Made by a program: the position numbers and the translations under genes. This document shows positions 8,912 through 18,581 of a DNA stretch of 38,019 bases, piece by piece (positions within the stretch are counted from its first letter, which is position 1; every line of letters begins with the position of its first letter). The stretch comes from Candidatus Margulisiibacteriota bacterium (GTDB taxonomy: Bacteria > Margulisbacteria > WOR-1 > O2-12-FULL-45-9), in assembly GCA_034723395.1 (NCBI GenBank), contig JAYEOW010000031.1, positions 1-38,019 of the forward strand, written 5' to 3'. The notes beneath the pieces were generated by a model that did no database searches, was not told where the DNA came from, and saw nothing but the letters and a program-made list of their open reading frames with translations.

Positions 8912-9540
8912 TTAAAATCGAGCGGCAGGCCTAATTTTCTCTTTAACGCGATGTTATATTCGTCGATCTTCTGTTGCGCGTAATCGGGTTGAATATAATG
9001 CTGCGGCGATGCGTTTAAAGCGGTTAAAAAGAATCCCGCGACCATGCCAATTGCTCCCCCGGTAATTGTTTGTTCACCAGCCGAAGTAGCGGCTCCTCCA
9101 ACCATGACTACGGTTCCGGCAATGATCAAAGCGTTCCCGATCTTTCGGATGCCGGATTTACTGTTTTCCTGACTGACGACAGAATCGAGTATCTGCTGGT
9201 CGCCAACAAGTCTGAGAAATTCCGCGTCAGAAAGTTCCCTAACCCTCCCTTTCAAGATATACCAGTCGGTAACCTCTTTTACTTCTGATCGGGTCATGTC
9301 TTGCCTTGAGATGTCGGTTGAACTTTGCGAATAAGCTTCGAATGAATATGAGTATGTATCGATATCGGTATAACCATAACTCCGCTGGATATCGATTTTA
9401 CGGTGTTTAGTAACTAATTCGAGACGGTTATTCCGGTAATTGAGCTGGTTAATATACTGCTGGTCTGAAACCGGATCAGCGTAGAGCCCCGGTGCGAGCA
9501 GAAAAATTGTAATGGTTAACAATAAAATTTTCTTTAACAT
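8908..9540 (-). CDS. Exported hypothetical protein with a C-terminal glycine-rich hydrophobic hairpin
   Basis: Signal peptide MLKKILLLTITIFLLAPGLYA from ATG 9540; TGcTATAAT 9 nt upstream. The ORF-track start at 9603 is rejected. Confidence 0.7.
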   Translation of the reverse strand: MLKKILLLTITIFLLAPGLYADPVSDQQYINQLNYRNNRLELVTKHRKIDIQRSYGYTDIDTYSYSFEAYSQSSTDISRQDMTRSEVKEVTDWYILKGRVRELSDAEFLRLVGDQQILDSVVSQENSKSGIRKIGNALIIAGTVVMVGGAATSAGEQTITGGAIGMVAGFFLTALNASPQHYIQPDYAQQKIDEYNIALKRKLGLPLDFN

Positions 9541-9564
9541 AGTGAAAATATTATAGCATAGTAT

Positions 9565-9592
9565 ACAAGTTTTTGCCTTTATCCTACGATAA
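9565..9592 (+). promoter_or_regulatory. sigma28-like promoter #1
   Basis: ACAAGTTT-N12-TACGATAA. Confidence 0.7.
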
Positions 9593-10772
9593 ATATAATA
9601 CAAACCCTTCTTTTGGTAGAATCGCAGATTTCCAAAAGAGGAACAAGGTTAATAAAAGAGGGGGAAGGGCAATAGGTTATCTTAAAGGACTAAATTTATT
9701 ACCTCGCAGAAGGATACTTGCCGGATGGAAGGAGCATTTTAACCGCAGGGGAATGGATGCTTCTCCTCTCCTTCAAAAATTCAAGGGTATCTTAAATGGC
9801 TTGTCCTGGAAGAACGTGAGAAAAATATACGACCTTCATTTTAAGTTCAGGTCAGCGAGAGCGCAAATATTAGCTGATCAGTCAAGGTTGGGGGTTGCAG
9901 CTACTATTAAGAAATCCGTGGATCTCTATCGCGGGACGCTAGCGGAATTGATGGGGATATTGGTTGATAAAAAAATCAGTGCTAAATTAGCCGTCTGTGT
10001 TATCGGGAGTGTTGCCCGAAAAGAGCAGGTGCCCCAGTCAGATGTCGATTTTGTTTTTATTGCGGATAAGAATCTTAATAAGCGCGAAATCGATAAACTA
10101 AGGTTGCTTTATAGGCAAACCATCGATTTATTAACGGTATTTGGCTTCCCTTTTGAGGCGGCTACCGGCATATTTGACACAGCCGGCCGGATTACCGGTA
10201 AGAAGCGTGACGTAAAAGCTAATCAAGGCGTTCAAGTACGCTCCCTTCAAGATATCTCTTTCCTGTTCGGGAATGAAGGGATCATGCTTGAGTACAGGGA
10301 TGCCCGGCTGCGAAAAGTTTATAAAAACGCCAGGGAGAACGTGGCGATCATTTTTGATGAGATGCCCGTAGAGGTGACCAGCATAAAGTTGGCGCTGCGC
10401 TTCTTCTCTTTTACTAAACATATCGCGTCTATCCATTTACGAAAAAGATTCGGTTCTACTAACAGCGCGTTGAGGGGGCTTTATGAAGCCGGTCTGTTGG
10501 AAAAAAGAGAGCTTGGCCGGCTGCGGATAATACTGGACCGGTTGTTGTTCTTGCGGTTGAATTTAACATTGCCGGACGAAACATTGCTCTCCGAAGAAAG
10601 GATGAAAGACTATCTTTCAGGTATTAGCGGGGAGACATCTCCTGTCAGAATAGCTGAGAATCGGGTCTTTATGGGAAGAAATATCGATAAAAATCATGTG
10701 TTAAAACTGATCAAGCGGGATGTGGAGTATATCGAAGATTTCATAGAAAGATTTCGAGCCCGTTTGTTATAA
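9573..10772 (+). CDS. Pol-beta superfamily nucleotidyltransferase (DUF294/GlnD-GlnE-like NTase plus helical substrate-binding domain); start uncertain
   Basis: AVCVIGSVARKEQVPQSDVDFVFI; C-terminal STNSALRGLYEAGLL...LLFLRL resembles DUF294_C/GlnD. The TTG at 9573 lies inside the promoter; the first in-frame ATG is at 9753. Confidence 0.7.
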   Translation: MPLSYDKYNTNPSFGRIADFQKRNKVNKRGGRAIGYLKGLNLLPRRRILAGWKEHFNRRGMDASPLLQKFKGILNGLSWKNVRKIYDLHFKFRSARAQILADQSRLGVAATIKKSVDLYRGTLAELMGILVDKKISAKLAVCVIGSVARKEQVPQSDVDFVFIADKNLNKREIDKLRLLYRQTIDLLTVFGFPFEAATGIFDTAGRITGKKRDVKANQGVQVRSLQDISFLFGNEGIMLEYRDARLRKVYKNARENVAIIFDEMPVEVTSIKLALRFFSFTKHIASIHLRKRFGSTNSALRGLYEAGLLEKRELGRLRIILDRLLFLRLNLTLPDETLLSEERMKDYLSGISGETSPVRIAENRVFMGRNIDKNHVLKLIKRDVEYIEDFIERFRARLL

Positions 10773-11264
10773 AGAAAAAATCCTCAGCTGAGGACTTAAT
10801 TTTTCGTGGTTTTTCAATATCCATAATGCGATCTCTCTCTGATTTACGGTGTGCAGAATTACATATTTCTCTTCAGTAAAGGCCCTTCCTTTTTTCACAT
10901 CAAGTTTGACCGCTTTTGCAGGGACGACATCTAATGCTTTGGTTATTTCGTGCAGCGCCCGGACGAAATAGGACAGGTAGGGGGTGTTGGTCTTGGTCCA
11001 ATGCATAAAACGGAGCTCAAAGCCATGCTTAGGGAAACTTTCGTTCCCCCAATAAAGAGTGATGTTCCTCGCTTTAAGTGCGGACAAATAACCTTTCAAT
11101 TCAGTTTCTGTGGGTGGGGGAAGTCTTCTGGTGGCGCGTAATCCGTTGACATAAGTTTTAAACGTTTGAGTATTCATGCCTAAGACCTTAGAATAATCAA
11201 AGGGGGTCCTTTGCGGCTTCCGCCTAATTAGTTTTATTAATGATCGAGTTATCCCCTTTATCAT
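10767..11264 (-). CDS. Hypothetical basic protein (orphan)
   Basis: 165-aa ORF filling the gap between genes, preceded by promoter motif #2; no family recognised. Confidence 0.7.
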   Translation of the reverse strand: MIKGITRSLIKLIRRKPQRTPFDYSKVLGMNTQTFKTYVNGLRATRRLPPPTETELKGYLSALKARNITLYWGNESFPKHGFELRFMHWTKTNTPYLSYFVRALHEITKALDVVPAKAVKLDVKKGRAFTEEKYVILHTVNQREIALWILKNHEKLSPQLRIFSL

Positions 11265-11273
11265 TCCGGATAT

Positions 11274-11301
11274 TCATCCTTTATTATCCTTAAAAATTTC
11301 A
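11274..11301 (-). promoter_or_regulatory. sigma28-like promoter #2
   Basis: Minus strand TGAAATTT-N12-AAGGATGA, 9 nt before ATG 11264; the weakest -10 match of the set. Confidence 0.5.
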
Positions 11302-11324
11302 CTTTTTTATGATATGCTAGCCTC

Positions 11325-11954
11325 GTGGGCAAACAAAAACAGATCGAGTATTTTGAGGGCCTGTTGTATAAACATGGTCCCAGCCATGAAGCGCTCGATT
11401 GGAACAGTAAAGAGAGCCAACAGCTGCGGGCCGAGGTCCTAAAAGAGATATTGGTTTACGGAAAGAAATCTACCCATATTTCACTGCTTGATGTCGGTTG
11501 CGGGTTTGGCGACCTTTTTAAATACCTCAAAAAAGAACATAAAATCTGCTATACAGGCTACGATATTTCCTCTAAAATAATAGACGAAGCCAGGAAAAAA
11601 TATCCGCAGGCCCATTTTGAGGTTAGGGATATCCTGGAAGATCAAAATGTCCCAAAATTTGATTATGTTTTTTGCTCCGGAGTTTTTAATATCCGGACAA
11701 ACGAGATTAAAGAACATAAAACGCATGTCCGATCGATGATAGAAAGGATGTATGGTTTGGCAAAGTGCGGGGTGGCGATCAACTTCTTGAGCGAAGGGCG
11801 TTTGCCGCCGGCCGATCCGGAGGGATTGAATGCGGGGCGCTATTTTTATTTTAATCCGGAGGAGATCGTGAATTATTGCCGGCATATAACGGATGATTAT
11901 ATCCTAAGACACGATTACCATCCGGGCGATTTTACGGTATACTTGTTAAAATGA
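11325..11954 (+). CDS. Class I SAM-dependent methyltransferase
   Basis: LLDVGCGFG, YTGYDIS, FDYVFCSGVFN. Confidence 0.9.
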   Translation: MGKQKQIEYFEGLLYKHGPSHEALDWNSKESQQLRAEVLKEILVYGKKSTHISLLDVGCGFGDLFKYLKKEHKICYTGYDISSKIIDEARKKYPQAHFEVRDILEDQNVPKFDYVFCSGVFNIRTNEIKEHKTHVRSMIERMYGLAKCGVAINFLSEGRLPPADPEGLNAGRYFYFNPEEIVNYCRHITDDYILRHDYHPGDFTVYLLK

Positions 11955-12943
11955 ACCCATTTAGAAGATTATTAATACCGAGTGTTCTTCTGATGACCAT
12001 CGTTGCCGGAGGGGTGCTTGGCTACACCTTGATCGAAGGATGGTCTTTGCTTGAAGCTTTCTACATGCTGGTGATTACCCTTTCCACGGTTGGTTTCAAG
12101 GAGGTGCACGAGCTTTCCGATACGGGGAGGCTCCTGACCATGGTCTTAATTATTTCGGGGGTAGGCACAGCGGTTTACGCGGTAGGGACCTTTGGAGAAA
12201 TGATCGTAGAAGGACAAATATTTGGTTACAGGAGGAAGAAAAGAATGCAGAAAAAAATTAAGGATATGAATAATCATTATGTTATTTGTGGTTTTGGGAG
12301 GGTGGGCCACCAGGTGGCCAAGGAGCTTGAAGCGGAAGAAATACCTTATCTGGTCATTGATCTTAAAGAGGCGACGGCGGTGGAATTGGAGCCCCGCGGG
12401 ATTCCCTATTTGATCGGCAATGCCAGCGCCAACGGAATGCTGCAGAAGGCGGGGGTCGAGAAAGCCAAAGGTTTGATGAGCTGCGCCGATTCGGACGAGG
12501 AAAATGTCTTTGTTACCCTTTCTGCCCGGGTACTCAACAGGGACCTGCATATTGTGGCCCGCGCCAGCGGCAGGGATACCGAAGAAAAATTAAAGATTGC
12601 CGGCGCCAATCGCACCATTTCTCCCTATTTCATATCCGGCCGCAGAATGGCGGCTTTAGCCACGCGTCCGGTGGCCAGTGATTTTCTGGATATGGTCATG
12701 CACGGAGAGCATCTTGAATTTAATTTGCGTGAATTTCGGGTGAAAGATAAGTCGCATATGATAGGTAAATCGTTGGAGGACGCCAAAATCCGCCAGAGAT
12801 CGGGCGCTACGGTCCTGGCGATCCGCAAAGCGGATGAGGCCTTTAACCTCCAGCCGATCGCCGTTTCCAAAGTGGAAAAGGGAGATATTTTGGTTGTGAT
12901 CGGTACGCAGGAACAACTGGAAATGCTGGAAAAAATGATATGA
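11951..12943 (+). CDS. Potassium channel protein (2-TM pore plus TrkA-N/TrkA-C RCK domains)
   Basis: YMLVITLSTVGF pore motif, VICGFGRVG, C-terminal GDILVVIG. Confidence 0.93.
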   Translation: MNPFRRLLIPSVLLMTIVAGGVLGYTLIEGWSLLEAFYMLVITLSTVGFKEVHELSDTGRLLTMVLIISGVGTAVYAVGTFGEMIVEGQIFGYRRKKRMQKKIKDMNNHYVICGFGRVGHQVAKELEAEEIPYLVIDLKEATAVELEPRGIPYLIGNASANGMLQKAGVEKAKGLMSCADSDEENVFVTLSARVLNRDLHIVARASGRDTEEKLKIAGANRTISPYFISGRRMAALATRPVASDFLDMVMHGEHLEFNLREFRVKDKSHMIGKSLEDAKIRQRSGATVLAIRKADEAFNLQPIAVSKVEKGDILVVIGTQEQLEMLEKMI

Positions 12944-13473
12944 CAAAGGTTTCCGGCCGGGAATTTACAGATAAAGTGATCGAGCAGATCGCGGAGGAGA
13001 TGTGTTTGGCGGCCAGGACGGCGCCAAAGGCCCGCGGCCTGGATCTGTTGGATATGGCAATTCTCAGGGGGGAGCGCATAAAAAAACTGTCTGCGAAAAT
13101 GCTGAAGATCGGGGAAAAACTTAACAATCATACTTTTTTAAGAGATGGAGATAATATCCTCAAGGCCTCGGCGGTCGTTTTAATCGGTTCAAAAACCCAG
13201 TACCTGGGATTGAAGTACTGCGGATTTTGCGGTTTTCCGGGATGTGCTGAGGCCGAAGCGCATAACGCGATTTGCGCTTACAATACGGGTGACCTGGGGA
13301 TCGCGATCGGCTCTGCAGTTTCGGTGGCTATGGACCGCCGCGTTGATAATCGGGTCATGTATTCGGTCGGTAAAGCGGCGCTGGATATGGGCTTGTTGGA
13401 CAAAGGCGTTAAAGTTGCCTTTGGCATACCGCTTTCCGCGACGGGAAAGAACCCTTTTTTTGACAGGAAATAA
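12940..13473 (+). CDS. DUF2148 ferredoxin-domain protein
   Basis: AARTAPKARG, CGFCGFPGC, DLGIAIGSA, VDNRVMYSVG, KNPFFDR. Confidence 0.85.
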   Translation: MTKVSGREFTDKVIEQIAEEMCLAARTAPKARGLDLLDMAILRGERIKKLSAKMLKIGEKLNNHTFLRDGDNILKASAVVLIGSKTQYLGLKYCGFCGFPGCAEAEAHNAICAYNTGDLGIAIGSAVSVAMDRRVDNRVMYSVGKAALDMGLLDKGVKVAFGIPLSATGKNPFFDRK

Positions 13474-13481
13474 AGTAGCTT

Positions 13482-14087
13482 ATGTTTAGCGATATAAAAG
13501 TAATATTTGATAAAGATCCGGCGGCCAGGAATATCTTTGAAGTATTGATGTACCAGGGGTTCTGGGCGGTTACTTTTCATCGGATCGCTCATTTTACCTA
13601 CTGGCTTAAGGTCCCGATCATTCCCCGGTTGATTTCCCAGATCTCAAGGCTATTGACCCAGATCGAGATCCATCCGGGAGCGAAGATCGGGCGTCGTTTT
13701 TTTGTCGACCACGGGTCGGGAGTGGTAATAGGGGAAACGGTGGTTATCGGCAATGATGTCACTATTTTTCAGGGGGTAACGTTGGGCGGAACCGGAAAAG
13801 AGAAAGGGAAGCGCCACCCGACCATCGGAGATAATGTGGTAGTAGGCGCGGGCGCAATTATATTGGGGAATATCCATATCGGGGATAATTCACGTATTGG
13901 AGCGGCGGCAGTAGTTACAAAATCTGTCCCGGACGATACTACCGTAGTTGGAAATCCGTCCTGGACGATCAAACGAGAGGGGAGAAGGCTGGCCCCTCTT
14001 GAGCATGGAGCGCTTCCAGACCCGGTCCACGCGGCGATCGATGAGTTGAAAAAGCGGATCGAAAAGCTGGAAGCAAAGCTTAAATAA
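13482..14087 (+). CDS. cysE: Serine O-acetyltransferase
   Basis: DPAARN, IEIHPGAKIG, GVTLGGTGKEKGKRHPT. Confidence 0.96.
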   Translation: MFSDIKVIFDKDPAARNIFEVLMYQGFWAVTFHRIAHFTYWLKVPIIPRLISQISRLLTQIEIHPGAKIGRRFFVDHGSGVVIGETVVIGNDVTIFQGVTLGGTGKEKGKRHPTIGDNVVVGAGAIILGNIHIGDNSRIGAAAVVTKSVPDDTTVVGNPSWTIKREGRRLAPLEHGALPDPVHAAIDELKKRIEKLEAKLK

Positions 14088-14088
14088 T

Positions 14089-15504
14089 ATGTCCCTCAAG
14101 ATCTATAATACTTTAAGTAAAAAGAGAGAAGAATTCATCCCCATTGACCCCCCGAATGTCAAGATGTATGTCTGCGGGATCACTCCTTACGATGAAACCC
14201 ATCTCGGGCACGGGCGCGCTTATGTTACTTTTGACCTGGTCCGGAGATATCTCGAAGAATCCGATTTTAAAGTTGAGTATATCCAAAACATTACCGATAT
14301 CGACGATAAAATAATTAAAAAGAGCCAAGAGACGGGCGAAACTATTGGAGAAGTGGCTGATAAATATACCGCATCTTATCTTGAGGTTATGGATATGTTA
14401 AATGTTGAAAGGGCGGATAGCTATCCAAAAGCGACTGACCATATTACGGAGATGGTCCGGTGGACAGGCGGTTTAGTAGATAGGGGATATGCGTATGTAA
14501 TTGACGGTGATGTCTACTACGAAGTAGATAAGTTCAGGGATTACGGTAAACTTTCAAAACGCAAGAAGAAGGACCTGTTGGCGGGCGCCAGGGTAAAAGT
14601 TGATGAGCGGAAAAAGAATCCTCTCGATTTCGCTTTATGGAAGTCGGCTAAAGAGGGGGAGCCTTCCTGGGATAGCCCGTGGGGAAAGGGGCGTCCGGGC
14701 TGGCATATCGAATGTTCGGTCATGTCGACAAAATATCTGGGGGAGCAGTTCGATATCCATGGCGGAGGGCGTGACCTGATCTTTCCGCACCACGAAAACG
14801 AGATTGCTCAAGCGGAGGCTGAAACAGGGAGAGTTCCCTGGGTCAAATACTGGGTCCATAACGGTTTTGTAAATATTAATAAACAGAAGATGTCGAAATC
14901 GCTCGGTAACTTTTTTACCCTGCGGGAGATATTTGAAAAATTCGACCCGATGGTCGTCAGATTCTTTCTCCTTTTAACACATTACCGGAGCCCTATAAAC
15001 TATTCCGATCAGGAATTGAGTAGCGCTAGAGAGGCTTATGGGAGGATATGTAAATTTATCCAGAGTGTCGATTTTCTGGCGGAAAAGAAGCTGGAAAAAG
15101 CGCCGACAATAGAAGTTGAAGATCTCGAAGAAGACCTGCTCGAATTTAAAGCCAAGTTCAGAGAGGCAATGGATGACGATTTTAACAGCGCCGGGGCGAT
15201 CGCCGCAATCTTTGAAATGATTCACTTTAACAATAAGGCGCTTGAAGATGGGGGTTTTGAGAGTGAATGCCTGGATGTTATGAAAAGCTCGGTTTTAGAT
15301 TTATGTACAGTCCTGGGCTTGAAAATAGGAAGCACAACGCAAAAAGAGATTAATAGTAAACAAATCGAAGAGATGATCGAAGACCGGAACAACGCTCGTA
15401 GCAAGAAGGATTTTACCCGAGCCGACCATATCCGTGACCGGTTAAAGGATATGGGGATCGAGATAGAAGATACCCCTTACGGTACCCGCTGGAAAGCTAT
15501 TTAA
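14089..15504 (+). CDS. cysS: Cysteine--tRNA ligase
   Basis: YVCGIT...HLGH, GRPGWHIECS, KMSKSLGN. Confidence 0.97.
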   Translation: MSLKIYNTLSKKREEFIPIDPPNVKMYVCGITPYDETHLGHGRAYVTFDLVRRYLEESDFKVEYIQNITDIDDKIIKKSQETGETIGEVADKYTASYLEVMDMLNVERADSYPKATDHITEMVRWTGGLVDRGYAYVIDGDVYYEVDKFRDYGKLSKRKKKDLLAGARVKVDERKKNPLDFALWKSAKEGEPSWDSPWGKGRPGWHIECSVMSTKYLGEQFDIHGGGRDLIFPHHENEIAQAEAETGRVPWVKYWVHNGFVNINKQKMSKSLGNFFTLREIFEKFDPMVVRFFLLLTHYRSPINYSDQELSSAREAYGRICKFIQSVDFLAEKKLEKAPTIEVEDLEEDLLEFKAKFREAMDDDFNSAGAIAAIFEMIHFNNKALEDGGFESECLDVMKSSVLDLCTVLGLKIGSTTQKEINSKQIEEMIEDRNNARSKKDFTRADHIRDRLKDMGIEIEDTPYGTRWKAI

Positions 15505-15521
15505 TTCCCCGCTTAAATCAT

Positions 15522-15549
15522 ACAAGTTTTTACTCATACAATACGATAT
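15522..15549 (+). promoter_or_regulatory. sigma28-like promoter #3
   Basis: ACAAGTTT-N12-TACGATAT. Confidence 0.7.
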
Positions 15550-15582
15550 ATGTACTGTAAGGGAGGAATATCTTAGAATATC

Positions 15583-18441
15583 ATGACATTGCCTGTTGCT
15601 ATAAGAAATAATCCAGCTTATGGAAGTATTTTAAACAATCCAAAATTTAAGAAACTTCTTACTGCGTTAAAAACACAAAATACTGCCCTGCGTGATAAAG
15701 TTCGCGAACTTCTTAAAGGAAAATCTTCTGCAGAAATCTTAAGCCTTTTATCCAGCCTTTCCGGTAAATCAGGAGATGGCTTGCTCCAGGCAATTATTTC
15801 CAAGCTCTCTCCAGATCAGGGGACAGCCCGAGTTACAGTTGGAGTACTCGCCCTTGAAAGGAATGGCAGCGGCGAGATCTATGCCCACATCAATGGGGAG
15901 AAATTAAAAGTTACCGGCAGGTTGAAAAAGTGGATCGATAACCAGATGCGGTTAAAAGGGAGCGGGGATGGCCGAGTAACCGTAAAAGAGCTAAAAAGGG
16001 CAGCTACCGTAATTACTACTTTCATGGCCAACTATGGTTTTTCTCTTGAAAAGGCGTTTAGTATGTATAACAATCCAGCTGTGGTTATGGTCGAAAGAGA
16101 CCAGGGCGCGGTTGCCGCCGCGCGGCTTGCATTGGTGAAGCGCTTGGGCGGAGATGAAAAAGAATTCAATTCTACTGGTGAGGTGAAGACCGCACTTAAA
16201 GGATGTCCAAAAACGGTAATTAATGATGTTGCCGGAAGCTGCGGCTCGAGTCCGACCGCTTCGGTTGTAGCTCAGCATATTATGCGGCAGGTATTAACTA
16301 ACGAATCATTAACGGCTAGCACGGTATTGGGATGGTTCAGCGTCAAAAATCCCCAGCCACCGGCTGTCCGGGATATTTCAAGGGCGATTGTGCCTAGAGT
16401 TCGGGTCTCAACATCCCCTCCAACCGTAACTCCCCCGATAACACGAGGGCCTGTCTTAAGGCCGGGTAATTCTGGTCCAGGGCCGTTACGGACGCTGACA
16501 GATCTTCCTCCGGATATTGGGAATATTCCGTATTCTTCCCCAACTCCAACAATTGTTCGTCGACCAGATCCCACTCCAAAACCCGCAGTTCCGGTAGTAG
16601 AATTAGTTAGACCGTACACTCCACCGGAACCAATAATTGTTGAAGAGCCGCCGGTTGTTCGAAGGCCAGTTTCGCCACCTCGGCCGGCGGAACCACCTAG
16701 ACCAATAGCACCAGCTAGGCCGGTTACTCCAACCCCTCCAGTGATTACCAGTGGAACCAAGCGTAGCATAGCTGATCTTCGCCGTCAGTTTGTTAGGCTT
16801 TACGGTGATAGGACTTTGCCTAGAGCAGTAAGAAATCGTATTAGAAGCACTTACTTATCAGCGGTTAGGGGAATTGGGGGATTGGAGACAGAAGCTCAGG
16901 GAGCTGAAGCTTTAAGAACGCTTACGGTTAGTTATAAAAATCAGCTTGTGATTATTCGACGCGAAAAAATTAAGATTAAAACTATTGCTGTTAGGCGAAG
17001 TGTTGCTCGAGAAATATCGAGGATCAGAAGTCGAGTGAGGGGACTTTTAAGACGAAGAGCTACCCGTTTTAACGGATATAGAAGACTTCTTTCTGCCCAG
17101 CTGGCAAAGGCGGCAAATGCGCTGAAAGCTGCAAATAGGGCCAATACTCCAGAATTAGCTAGTAGAGAATTAAATATTGCTTGTGAAGCCTATTTAGAAA
17201 TTGGACGCATTGAAGATAGAATAGCCACTTATGCAAAACGATTAGCCACATTGAAACGTAGTGCCGGGACCTTGTTGAAAAGAGTTAGAACATTACTTCG
17301 CGGCCGTATTAGAATAGCGAAAAGAAATAAATACTCCGTAGGAACGAATAAGCTTAGTAGATATTCAAGCCGTTTAACTGTTTTATTGGGGAGCATTCGA
17401 AGAGAAAGCGAAACCGCTGGATTAGATGCCTTAATAACAGAGTTGCAAAAAATTGAAACCCAAGTTGAAGCAGAGAGAACTCAAGCGCCCCCAAGCGAGG
17501 GAACCGCTCCGAGACCGTCACTGCCTACTCTAATCCCAACAAATCTTCAACAGCTCAAAGCTGTAGCTCAAGGATTACAAGTTGCCACTCAATATGTAAT
17601 TAAAACAGACATACCTTTACTAGAAAAATCATTGCGATTGCTTGGTGAACAACCCAATTCGCCACTGCTCCAAAGTTTAACGAGAATTCGTAGCCAAAAT
17701 AGCGAATTGGATAGTTATGTGGGAATCGTGGCAGGTCGAACATCGTTTAGCTTTCATCATGCAAAATTGCTGATGACTGGAGATCCATACGAAAGTAGTG
17801 AGTGGGGGCGAAAAAGCGGTTTGGTAAAAGTGAAAGATTTGCGAGCTAGAATAAACAAAATCTATTCGGCGGTGATGACGCGTACAAGAGCGTTAGTTAA
17901 AAAACAATCTGCTGCGGCGGTCAGTTTAGCAAAATCTAAGATCCGCTTTGCCACTCGCACTCAGGGAAGGCAGAAGAATGCTTTGAGAAGATTAATGAAG
18001 CTGGCAAAAACTTTGGCTGGAGGGATGGCTAGTGAGACATCGATTGCCAGATTAGTTAGTAATGCAGAAAAATTAGCAGGGGTATTAGCCAAGATCAAGG
18101 CGACACATACCGGCCCGGTTGTGCCGGTATTGGAAGTTGTTTCGAGAAGCCGGAAAACGATTTCTGTTAGAAAATTGGTATCGGTTTTTGTGAAAAGGAA
18201 AATAGTTAAAATTAAAAGGCTGTGGAGGAATGGGGTTCAAACCGTAATCAATATACGGATCAGGATGAATAGTGATAATAGTTTTGTTGTTGTTGTGAAA
18301 AACCAAGACAATAACAATTCAGAATTAGCTGGTGCTATTCGAAATTATATCCGTACGGCATTACCTATCTATGCTAGGGGCTATCGTAGTATAAGTGGAA
18401 GAAACCAAGAGGCAAATATTAGTATTCGTTTTAGGCGTTAA
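15583..18441 (+). CDS. Large orphan protein: Pro-rich linker, Arg-rich helical region, possible TonB-C/AgmX-like C-terminal domain
   Basis: 952-aa uninterrupted ORF; Pro/Thr/Val-rich stretch at about 16345-16745; no signal peptide or TM helix seen. Confidence 0.8.
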   Translation: MTLPVAIRNNPAYGSILNNPKFKKLLTALKTQNTALRDKVRELLKGKSSAEILSLLSSLSGKSGDGLLQAIISKLSPDQGTARVTVGVLALERNGSGEIYAHINGEKLKVTGRLKKWIDNQMRLKGSGDGRVTVKELKRAATVITTFMANYGFSLEKAFSMYNNPAVVMVERDQGAVAAARLALVKRLGGDEKEFNSTGEVKTALKGCPKTVINDVAGSCGSSPTASVVAQHIMRQVLTNESLTASTVLGWFSVKNPQPPAVRDISRAIVPRVRVSTSPPTVTPPITRGPVLRPGNSGPGPLRTLTDLPPDIGNIPYSSPTPTIVRRPDPTPKPAVPVVELVRPYTPPEPIIVEEPPVVRRPVSPPRPAEPPRPIAPARPVTPTPPVITSGTKRSIADLRRQFVRLYGDRTLPRAVRNRIRSTYLSAVRGIGGLETEAQGAEALRTLTVSYKNQLVIIRREKIKIKTIAVRRSVAREISRIRSRVRGLLRRRATRFNGYRRLLSAQLAKAANALKAANRANTPELASRELNIACEAYLEIGRIEDRIATYAKRLATLKRSAGTLLKRVRTLLRGRIRIAKRNKYSVGTNKLSRYSSRLTVLLGSIRRESETAGLDALITELQKIETQVEAERTQAPPSEGTAPRPSLPTLIPTNLQQLKAVAQGLQVATQYVIKTDIPLLEKSLRLLGEQPNSPLLQSLTRIRSQNSELDSYVGIVAGRTSFSFHHAKLLMTGDPYESSEWGRKSGLVKVKDLRARINKIYSAVMTRTRALVKKQSAAAVSLAKSKIRFATRTQGRQKNALRRLMKLAKTLAGGMASETSIARLVSNAEKLAGVLAKIKATHTGPVVPVLEVVSRSRKTISVRKLVSVFVKRKIVKIKRLWRNGVQTVINIRIRMNSDNSFVVVVKNQDNNNSELAGAIRNYIRTALPIYARGYRSISGRNQEANISIRFRR

Positions 18442-18450
18442 TGTTTAAAT

Positions 18451-18477
18451 AGAACACCAAGGGAGTGTCAAATCATG
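18451..18477 (+). promoter_or_regulatory. Leader hairpin ACAC-CAAGGGA-GTGT plus ATG (copy 1), heading a 15-codon ORF at 18475-18522
   Basis: AGAACACCAAGGGAGTGTCAAATCATG, a near copy of 19404-19434. Confidence 0.55.
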
Positions 18478-18547
18478 GGGGTTCAATCAGGCCTTTGGGT
18501 CAATAATGAGTTGAACGGGTAGGATTGCCGAAAATTATCGGGAAGTG

Positions 18548-18575
18548 TGAAATTTAACATATAGATGGCGGATAT
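18548..18575 (+). promoter_or_regulatory. sigma28-like promoter #4
   Basis: TGAAATTT-N12-GCGGATAT, 6 nt before ATG 18582. Confidence 0.6.
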
Positions 18576-18581
18576 AATAAT

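Noticed and set aside
16272..16769. 165-aa Gly-rich antisense ORF and the many other overlapping ORFs in the track (e.g. 7303-7896, 12625-13131, 35095-35631)
   Set aside because: They are shadows of well-supported genes on the other strand or frame and have no motifs of their own.
18535..18562. Minus-strand CCCGATAA as an antisense sigma28 -10 box
   Set aside because: There is no matching -35 element at the 12-nt spacing.
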